Assembly (NCBI GenBank): GCA_964016885.1
Contig: OZ024746.1
Coordinates: 31,372,001-31,436,000 of the forward strand
DNA: 64,000 bases
Origin: Eledone cirrhosa
Lineage: Eukaryota
Reading direction: 5' to 3'
In this document: piece after piece, positions 15,201 to 24,613 of the stretch
Numbering within the stretch: position 1 is the first letter of the stretch
How the letters are laid out: each line of letters opens with the position of its first letter
Position numbers and translations under genes: made by a program
Notes under the pieces: model-generated
What the model was told of the DNA's origin: nothing
The model's database searches: none
What the model saw: the letters and a program-made list of their open reading frames with translations, nothing else

Positions 15201-18200
15201 AATGAGTTTCAGGTAATTCAAAAGGAATTCCGAAAACTCGTTCTTGGTCTCAGAGACGTTTGATTTATGAAAAGTCACACGTGCAGATGTTGCCAGAGAA
15301 ACAGGCATATTTACTGTTATTGACGAGTCGTCTCCCCTGATTATCGACCAGCAGTGAGTGAGCCTAAAGGAAGTCTGCTCCAATGATAGGCTGATGGGCT
15401 TCAGCAACGGTGAATGTCGATGTATATTACTGTGAGCTTCTGTGGAAGGAGAGAGTACGGTATCTGTAAGCTTTGATTATAGGGGTCCGTTTTTTATTTG
15501 GTGGGGATCCATTTTTATGGGGGGGGGTCTGTTTTTTATTTGGGGGGAATCCGGTTTTTATTCACAATAATTATTTTACCTACCATTTTACCCACCACTT
15601 TACCCACAATAATTATTTTACCTACCACTACCCACAAAAATCATTTTACCTACTACTACCCACAATAATTATTTATTGTGTCCAGCGATTCTTTACTGGG
15701 ACATTCTTACCACATGCTCATAATATTGGAGTTGTGATCTCTCAATTCGGAGAAGTAGCGGTTCTACAGGAGTGACTCTCTGGTTTATGAGTTATGCACT
15801 TTATTGAGTAACGTTACTCCAAAGACCCTTCGGAGGAATCCCATTTCTACCACTTTTATTTGCAATTGTATTCTTTTGGTCATTACTCAAGATTAATGAT
15901 CCTCGGTAAGGAATACCAGGAAGACAGCGAGTTAGGCTTTTACACTTACCCCGCTTCATCTGATTGCTGAATGCTGAGGCTGGCGCATTACTGCATCAGC
16001 TTTTGTAATTCTTACACTTAATTCAGCCTCCTGCATTCCATCACTCATGAACAAGATACTTGAACTTCTCTAACTGCTTCAGTAGAACTCCATTCACATT
16101 TATATAAATTTGAGGGACTTCTGTCCACCCATCCATCACGCAATGTGTATGTGTGTTTGTGTGAATGTATGTGTGTGTAAAAGGAAACAAAGGGATACAC
16201 ACATATATATGTCTAACTTAAAAACAGTGACACACACACACGTTTCTCTAATTTAAGAACGCTGACAAACTCACGCGCGCGCAGATACACACACTGTCCT
16301 ATTACCACTCAAGAGCTTTGGCTCGGGCAAACATCCCCTCAATTTTGGAACTGTCTGGGTTGTCCTGAATTGATGGGAAAAGACTTGACGGTCTTGCTCT
16401 GTGCTCCTGGTCAAGAGGCAGGTGCCTTACCTGGGACATCACAGTTAGTGACTCTTTTGCTTCTTCCCACATTCTGGATGCAGCGGTAAGGGTGAGAGCT
16501 ACAGCATCCGCAGCTGAACAGAACAAAATCCTAAAATACTGTGTTCTGTCAGCTAACTACATTATCCAGCCTGTGGCATTCGAGATGTTTGAGGGAGTCG
16601 GGCTACTGACAGCGAGATTCTTATCTTCACTGGCGGCTCGCCAAACAGAGGTAACTGGTGATGCTCGTGAGGGCACTTGGTTGTTCCAACACCTCTGCCT
16701 CACCATCACCCCAGGTAACGCTGCGAGCATGCTGGCCTGCCTCAAAAATTATTAGAGAGGTTTCCCAGTGCTCCTCGCTATATTGCTATCTTTTGCTCTG
16801 GTAGCGGCTCGTTTTCCCACTTTTTCGCCTACATTTTGTTCTGTGGCCTAAGATGTGTGTATTACCTGCTTGTGTATTATTTCTCTTTCTTTTTTCCTTT
16901 CCCTTTCCTTTGTATATATTATATTTGTTAGTGTTTTTGTTCTGTAACCATTATATTAAATGAGTTTAAAAAAAAAAGAGTTAATAAATAAATAAAACGT
17001 TATACTTGTTTTACCCTCCCATTTCCAATTTCACTGACCGCTGCTATCATGACTATGTGTATATTTGTGTAAATGTATGTGTGAATGTATGTGTGTTTGT
17101 GTAAATGTATGTGTGAATGTATGTATGTGAATTATGTCCGAGAGGGTGTATCTTTATAAGTTTGTGTTTGCGCGATTATAGTTATATACTCATAATAGTT
17201 ATATACTCATACATATAGATGTATGTATGTGCACACTCATACACATAGACATTAACTTTCATTAAAAATATAGTAATGAGCAAGATGCTACTTTCACGAT
17301 TCTCATAATCCACTCAGCTGGAAAATATAAAGGGTTGCAACAACAATGGTACCAAGTTGTATCAGCTGTTGCCTTTCCCTTGGACAATATTGGTAGTATG
17401 GAGAGAACTAAGCTAAGCTAAGCCAAACTGATCTAGACAGAGCTATGTTAATCCAATCTGACACTGGATCTGATCCAACACCAGATCCCCAAACTGATCC
17501 TGGATCCCCGAGCTGAGTCAAGCTGGACAGAACCTTAGCTGAGCCAAGCCAAGCCTAGCTGGACAGAGCTGAGTTGAGTGAAGCCAAGCTGAGCTGTATA
17601 TATATTCCGACATAGTTGTATACATATAAGTATATGAATTTCGTATATCTAATGATATGAAAATAAACAGTGTTGTATCATTGAAGTAAGGTAGTGTGGA
17701 CAGTTTCAGGTGTTTGGTATCAAAAGTGTTAAATTAGTTGTGTTTCTTCTATCTAGGGTTTAGGTACAAATGAGACAACATTGATTGAAATGATCTGTAC
17801 CAGATCAAACCAACAGCTAAATGATATCAAAGAGGTTTATAAAACAAGTAAGTAAAATTTTGTTCCTATTGTAGAAATTATAGATTATATCTATTAATAT
17901 CACTCACTCTCTCTTGCCTTTACTTCTCACTATCTTTCTATTACTATCCATTACTTACTTTCTCTCACTAACAAACATGTAGCTGCCATTACTGTCTCTC
18001 TTCCAATCACAGTCTGTTTCTCCTTTCATACTCTCTTTTATTGTGCCCCTGCTCTGTTTCCTCTCCAGATATCACTTTTTTTGTTACATTAATTTGAACA
18101 GAAACAATATGTGTACATGTGCATGTGTGTGTGATATTGTAGTAGACAGGCACCACCTACTTATCTACCTATCTAGCTTCCTATCTGTCTATTTATCTTT

Positions 18201-19955
18201 TACAAACCAAATTAGTACTTATTCGGAGTTACTCATCTCTCAGACAAGTCAGAGGCTTACCTCTCACTTACATATTTTCCCACACTACAGAGTGTACTGG
18301 TTGCATTTTATCATAACACCAGCACTAAGAGAGGAGGGGCTATCATACCTTTGGCAGGTTTTCTATGTCTGGATACCCATCCAATCACTAACCTCTTTGC
18401 ACAGTGAACTGAGAGCATTCTATCATGTCACTAACACTTAAGAGGTTGTTGTGTTGTTGCCACAACTGAAGAGTCCTCTCATCCATTTTATGGCATGCTT
18501 TTTACAGATGGATGTCCTTCCTATCACCAACCACTTTATATATACATGTATATATATTATATATTATATATTATTATGTTAAAACAAATATCTTTGATTG
18601 TTATTCCCAAGTGTTCAAGAACAGTCTGGAGACAGACATTGCAGGAGATACATCTGGACATTTTAAAAAGCTGTTAATTAGTCTTCTCCAAGCCAATCGA
18701 GATGAAAGTAAGTCTTTTGACCGTAACAAAGCTAAACGAGATGCTGAGGAACTTTACAAAGCTGGAGAGAAGAAATGGGGAACTGATGAATCTCGTTTCA
18801 ACGTAATTCTTTCTTCGAGAAGTTATTCACAGTTGCGAGCTATTTTCCAAGAATATATTTTGTTATCACAGAAGGATATTGAAGATGTCATCAAATCAGA
18901 AATGTCGGGTGACCTTAGAAACAGTATGTTAGCCATAGGTAAGAATTCTACATTTAAATATGCTATTTTATTTTTTTACTGGTGTGCATTATGGCCATGC
19001 TGGGGCACCACTTTAAAGGGATCTAATTGACCATATCAACCCCAGTACCTATATAGTTTTTTCAAGTCTTGTATTTCTTTTATCAATCTCTTTTTGTTAA
19101 ACGATAAACACAAACACTCACACAAGGATTCTGTTAAAGGTTGCCAAAGGCCAGGTGGTGCTGGTAGTGTTATACACAGTGAAATCTGTTAAAGGTAGCC
19201 AACACCACTACCACTTTAATCTCCCCCCCCCCCACACACACACACACCACAATCATCACCACCATTTATATGTTAATATGTTCCTATTTCCAGTACAATG
19301 TATTCGAGAGAAGGCAGCATATTTTGCCAATTGTCTGTACAATGCAATGAAAGGAATCGGCACAGATGATGAAACTGTGGTGAGGATTGTTGTGTCAAGA
19401 GCCGAAGTGGACATGGTACAAATAAAACAACAATTTCAGAAGATTTATAAAAAATCTTTGGCTAATTTCCTGAAGGTAAGTTTGGGTGGCTTTCATTTTG
19501 TATGGAGAGAGAGATAGTAAGGGAAATAGACAGAGATGTAGTTAAGGAGAGAGAGATATAGTTAGGAATATATATATATATATCTTCTACTTTTTGATGA
19601 TGATATATATATAATAGTGTCTGTGAAGTTGCATGGCTTAGCAGTTACAGCGTTGAGCTTGCAATTGAGAGTTCAATTCTCAGACCGAGTGATGCGTTGT
19701 GTCCTTGAGCAAGACATGGAGAGGGGAGACTGGTATGTATGGGTGACTGCTGGTCTTCAACAAACAAACCTTGTGCAACGGAGGGAAATTTTCTCCGTAC
19801 AAAACCATGCTCATTAGTGACCAATGGAGGCTTTATATATATATGTGTGATCTGATGGTTAATACAAATCTATTCATCGATATATTCCTATATTCTAACA
19901 GGGTGATTTATCTGGAGATTACCTGAAAACGATCTTAAATATAATTGGTGAATGA
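2893..19955 (+). CDS. Annexin with two tetrads (8 annexin repeats; ANXA6-like architecture), ~720-730 aa in window
   Basis: Exons 2893-3074, 3389-3473, 4127-4221, 7170-7283, 8371-8461, 8945-9271, 10342-10523, 10998-11076, 11451-11536, 11893-11974, 12986-13080, 14435-14548, 17757-17847, 18612-18938, 19294-19475, 19902-19955(TGA). All GT-AG, phases consistent. Eight GxGT/WGTDE endonexin motifs with matching (D/E)xSG caps. In-frame ATG at 2910, but the exon has an acceptor, so upstream exons lie outside the window. Confidence 0.95.
5274..5617 (-). mobile_element. tRNA-derived SINE with CORE-like body and RTE-type (GAT)n tail, near full length
   Basis: Reverse strand: A-box TGGCTTACTGG, B-box GAGTTCAATTC, ttgagcaagacacttt, tail ggaagggcatccagctgtagaaa..gcggacgtaaaatga(gat)n resembling the RTE 3' end at 44050-44220. 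Confidence 0.85.
5799..6089 (+). mobile_element. 5'-truncated copy of the same SINE, inverted relative to 5274-5617
   Basis: Near-identical reverse complement of 5274-5570, ends in (GAT)n. Confidence 0.85.
6090..6365. repeat. (TA)n microsatellite punctuated by three aaatacatagtctggaac units
   Basis: Directly visible. Confidence 0.9.
6421..7133. repeat. Long near-perfect fold-back (inverted repeat), probably Penelope-like element terminal repeat derived
   Basis: 6421-6744 is the reverse complement of 6749-7133 apart from a ~70-nt extra segment (~6790-6864). 4-nt central loop (ttcta-caca-tagaa). Flanked by (TA)n. Confidence 0.93.
6923..6967 (+). ncRNA. Minimal type I hammerhead ribozyme motif (Penelope-type)
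   Basis: agtca-CTGAAGA-g-gtcaca(gagtg)tgtgac-GAAA-g(ga)c-TA-tgact: stem I agtca/tgact, 6-bp stem II, minimal stem III, predicted cleavage after CUA at 6962. Mirror copy on - strand at ~6587-6631. Confidence 0.72.
7770..8255 (+). mobile_element. CR1-type LINE 3' fragment with tandemly duplicated 3' UTR and (ATT)n tail
   Basis: [34 protein letters not shown] is the CR1 ORF2 C-terminus; gatgagttgtagtgcacctgagcac occurs twice. Confidence 0.85.
9545..9800 (-). mobile_element. Degenerate 3' end of an RLE-type (R4/Dong-like) non-LTR element
   Basis: Reverse translation gives [29 protein letters not shown], followed by (GAT)n. Confidence 0.55.
9935..10315. repeat. ~22-nt minisatellite (gattgataaacaagttgatcct-like)
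   Basis: Directly visible tandem units. Confidence 0.85.
11109..11340 (+). mobile_element. Second tRNA-derived SINE family (Nin/Deu-like central domain); other copies ~9305-9510, 27295-27480(-), 34225-34400(-), 52153-52345, 54375-54560(-)
   Basis: tggcagaatcagtagagcg..gagttcaaatcc..aggttaactttgcctttcatccttacggggtcga..gtaccag..(att)n recurs in the window. The domain name is from memory. Confidence 0.8.
12125..12590 (+). mobile_element. Degenerate RTE LINE 3' ORF fragment
   Basis: [33 protein letters not shown] homologous to 44600-45020. Confidence 0.85.
13555..14245. repeat. Minisatellite (gtactaaatacttgtagagctaacctag-like, ~30-40 nt units)
   Basis: Directly visible; unit shortens toward the 3' end. 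Confidence 0.9.
14905..15470 (-). mobile_element. Gypsy/Ty3 LTR-retrotransposon pol remnant (protease-RT junction)
   Basis: [52 protein letters not shown] matches the Gypsy RT N-terminus (SPWASPLH..WRPCGDYRRLN); contains stops. Confidence 0.85.
16310..16990 (+). mobile_element. CRE-like RLE non-LTR retrotransposon 3' fragment
   Basis: [59 protein letters not shown] (PD-D/ExK endonuclease), then UTR and A-rich tail. Confidence 0.8.
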
Positions 19956-19969
19956 TAGAGAATTCCAAG

Positions 19970-20366
19970 GTTAGTAAAACATTTTTCTTCTTGTTAGTGT
20001 TGTTATTTCTGCTACTGTTATTGTTACTGTTGTAGTGCAAATGATATAACTATAGATGTATATAGTTGATACTACAACTATAGGTGTGTATTGTAGTTAA
20101 TAGGTGTATATGGTTGACCCTATATGTGTATATGGTTCACACTATAGGTGTATCTAGTTGATACTATAGTTATATGGGTATATAGTTAATAAAGGTGTAT
20201 AATGTTGTTGACACTATAACTATAGGTGTATATAGTTGACACTACAACTATAGGTGTATATAGTAGATTCTAAAACTATAGGTTTATCTATTTGATATAA
20301 ATAGACTATTTTTTATTTTAATGCAATGTAAAAAATATATTCTATTGAATTTTTTGCTTTTTACAG
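19970..20366 (+). other. Probable 3' UTR intron of the annexin gene
   Basis: aag|gttagt 14 nt after the stop codon; ttttttgctttttacag| acceptor at 20366. Confidence 0.55.
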
Positions 20367-21654
20367 AATGGAGAATTGCTGTTTGAAGGCTGAATCAACC
20401 AAAAATAGTTACATAAACACACACACACATACATATATGCTTATATGTAGTCACACATACACACATAAATTTAGTGTCATAAACACATGTACACATATGC
20501 TTATATGTAGTCACTCACACAAATATACATATATTTAGTGACAAACACATGCTCACATTTACATACATAAATACATTTAGTCACATAAACACACACACAC
20601 AAGCATACCTATATGTAGAGCCAGACATACATGCACACCAACATATATATATATAGTCATGTAAACAGGCATACACATGTGAGATAAAGCCTTTACTGCA
20701 AAAATACAATAGTAAATACACAGACATACACATATATAGTCACATAAATACACAGACATACACATATATAGTCACATAAACACACACACACAAATATACT
20801 TACATACAATCACACATGTACTGTCAGATAGACAGAACATACCCACATCTAAATATATATTCATATGTACCCATGCACAGAAAAACACATATATACACCC
20901 TACATGCTAATATTTATATACTGTACAAGCACACGTTATATTACACATGTGTGTATATGGAGAAAGGTGTACCAGATTATTACACAAACAATTGTTCTAC
21001 CACTGAAAATGGTAATTAATGGTTTAAACTAATTAAAAAGTAATAAAACAAATCAAGATGTTAAACTAATTATTATTTCTATTTCAAGATCAAGCATAGG
21101 TGGCTGACCGAACTAGAAACTGCTAAATGTGTAGCCGCCTTCTTGTCTCTCTGCCTTTTCAGCCCCATGGATTATATTCCTTTGTTAAATTTCGAATACC
21201 TGATGATGTCACCGGATTCATACTGAACCCAGTCATTGAAATGTTCATAGTGTAATAAACCTTTAAGGAATTACACCAGTCCAGCCTCCTGTTATTTTAT
21301 AATTATAATACATATATAGAGGTCTATCAAAAAAGCATCTGACTTGATGTTAGGGAGACAAAAGTATGCAGAGAGGAACCACATAAATTCATGTACATAT
21401 ATGATTTTTGGCAAGCTCACTGGATGTGTCAGTCACTGTCAAGCAGCCAGCATGTATGGATTTTGGTGAGCTTGCTGGATGTGGTAGTCATTCTCAGGCA
21501 GCCTAGATTGTAAGGTGCTGTACTACTTACTCATCACATTTTCCCTTCATCTGATACTGCCCTGAGATGTAGGTATAGGGGTATGAATTGTGGAAATTCT
21601 AATATCACCAAGGCACCATTTCTCATTTGTCACAATTGATCCACGATTTCTTAG

Positions 21655-21895
21655 CAAAGTGCTGGTGCCATAAAATATACCCAGTACACCCTGTTAAGTG
21701 GTTGTGCTGGTGTCATAAAATACATCCAGTACACCCTGTTTAGTGGTAGTTTTAGTGTCATAAAATACACCCAGTACACTCTGTAAAGTGGTAGAGCTGG
21801 AACCATGATAAAATACATCCAGTACACCCTGTTAAGTGGTAGTTTTAGTGTCATAAAATACAACCAGTACACTCTGTAAAATGGTTAGTGTTAGG
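21655..21895. repeat. ~45-nt minisatellite family (cataaaatacacccagtacactctgtaaagtggtagtgctggtg)
   Basis: Same unit forms arrays at 30770-30945, 31635-32200 and 42505-43230. Confidence 0.88.
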
Positions 21896-23093
21896 AAGAA
21901 CATCAAGCTATAGATACCATGCCAGAAATGGTATATTTGAAATAATTTCAGTTCCCTTACCTGTGTGTGGGCAGTAAGTCTGATTAAGAACAGACTCGAA
22001 CCAAAACAACCCATGCCAATATGGAAAGCAGATAGATGATGATGATGATGATTATCTATGATTGTCAATAATCCACCACCCTAAACATTTACTTTCTTGG
22101 TACTGAAAGGCAAAATTGACTTCGGTGCTATTTGAACTCTGAATGTAAAGAACCAGAACAAATGCTGTAAGGCAATTTGTGCAACGCCCTACCATTTCAC
22201 CACCTTTAACCCTTTAGCATTTAAACCAGCTGTATCTGGCCAGAATTCTTTCACCTCTTTCTGTTGAAACCAGCTGCTCATATTTATGTTAAGGTATTGT
22301 TCTCAAAATAAATAATTTCAAAATCTTATGTGGATAATTGTGAGATAAAGCCTTTACTGTAAAAATACAATAGTAAATATAGAGTAATGTAAATGTTAAA
22401 GGGTTAATACCTCCGATATTGTGCAACATTCCACCAATTCTGGCAAAAAACCCTAACATCAACCCTCTACACTCCATGTTTCAATTAGAAAACAAATAAT
22501 AAAAACAAAACACTGAAGATATAAATCAAATGTTTAATGAGATGGGAAATATCTGTATATGAAATAATTTATAGTGGTGGTGTCCCACAGAATGGCCATA
22601 CTCAACAGCTAAGTGCTCCAGTATGGCCTACAATGGGTGACAGCAAAAGAGAGTGGAAATCGACAGAACCGACAGAAACTTGAGATTTCAAACGAACAAT
22701 TTCTTTTGTATTTTTAATTAGTTTTTGTTTTCTTAAAAATTATTATTTTAATATCATCCCACCCCGACCTGATTTTAAAAATATTTTACAGCTTCTTTCA
22801 GTCAGTTATTTCCTCAGCTCAGTTAAATTACAATTTAATTACAGTTTAATTATTTAAATTACAATTTTAAAAACAAAGTATAAACCAAACAAACAAGAGT
22901 ATAGAAAATAGATAAAGATTTTGAGATGAGGAATTATCATAAACAAGTATATTTAGACATTTATGTCTTCATCTTGGTTGTTGGCGTTACACTATATATA
23001 TATATATATATATCATCATCATAATCATTTTACATCCGCTTTTCCCTGCTTGTATATATATGTACGTTTTGAAACAGTGAGCGAGCTTGAAAC

Positions 23094-23290
23094 TAGAAAC
23101 AAGCCCTTGCCACATTTTTTTTTACCAAAGAAATTTATTTAGCCCGATTGTGGGGTTTAGAACCCTCTAAGAAATGGAAAATGATGAGTATTGACGCAAT
23201 ACACATCTTTTTTCATTTCTTAGAGGGTTCTACACCCCACTATTGGGCTAAAATTTCTTTGGTAAAAAAATGTGGCAAGGGCTTCTGTTT
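23094..23290. repeat. ~95-bp-arm hairpin/fold-back
   Basis: aagcccttgccacatttttt..ctctaagaaatg versus catttcttagaggg..aaaaaatgtggcaagggctt; very short loop near 23193. Confidence 0.88.
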
Positions 23291-24613
23291 GTATATATAT
23301 GCATGTGTGTATGTGTTACATAGCATTACTTGTAAGCCTTCAAAAACAAGTTTCATCAGTCTTTTCAAGTTAGAACATTAATACTTGATTATCAGAGCTT
23401 GTGTGTATGTCCTGTACTGCCTACCTATAAGTTATACACACACACACTCATATATATTTATATTATACATGGATATATTCAGGCATGTACCTTCTGACAT
23501 TGTGGTGTGTCATCATCATCACTGTTTAACATCTATTTTCCATGCTTGCATGGGTTAGATGGGCTGTCGTGTGCTGAGGCCAGACTGGTCAGGTGACTAC
23601 ATCCTGCTTGTATGCTTCAATAGCTGTATGTCTTTCTTAACATCAACCACTTTACAGTGTGTACTGGGAGTATTTTAACATTCTACACAAACACTCACAT
23701 ATATATATATATACATATACATACACACATATATATGAGACTGGGTTGAATTGACAGCATTGGGATGATTCACTAACTGGCAGTTAAGTGATATTGCTCT
23801 CCTTCTGTTGATCATCATATATGATATGATATTAACAAAATTATTATAGTTTAGTCTATGAACACTAAATTTCATATTAAAATCAGTCATGTTGTCTTAG
23901 AATAGTGGTTCTGTGTAGTTGTCCAGTGTCGAGCAGTTGTGTCTAGTTGTCAGTTTAACATATTGTTTGTAATCATATATATACAACACATGTTTCACAA
24001 ATGACCAGCTCGAAGCTATAATCAGTTATCTTCAGCTCCACTCTAGCTTCAATTTGTTTGTCAGATGCAATGAATATTACAATCAGAATATATACATATT
24101 TGAGCTGAAGGTAACTGATTATAGCTAGCTTAGAGCCGATCATTTGTGAAACGTGTTACATGTGATTACGAATATATGTTGAACTGAAACTTTGATCTCT
24201 CTCTTAATATAAACACTGTATCTCCCGCTAATAACAAGCAGATGTCTGTAATAATCCCTACTTTTAATACTAAATATCCAAGTCACAAAAAAGCCTTGAG
24301 TTCTGAAATGGATACCACCTGTAGTAAATTGTATTACTCATCAACTGTATGTATACACACATATATATATATATATATATATGTGTTTGAGTATGTGTAT
24401 ATATATATATATATATACACAGAAAGATAGAGAGAGAACATTACCAAATACAACAGACACCTTAAGATGGCTGGAGGATACAACAGTTGAAATGTTATGT
24501 CTATTACAACCAAGATGAGGACACTAATCTGAATAAATCAGTTTATCGTAGTTAAAAATTTCACTGAAAGACATTGTGTTATTTTCAGTTTTAAGAAAAA
24601 CCCAGTGACAAGT

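Noticed and set aside
3389-19955. Two separate tandem annexin genes, or the symbol ANXA6
   Set aside because: No stop after the first tetrad and in-phase linker exons join the halves; orthology to vertebrate ANXA6 cannot be shown from sequence alone.
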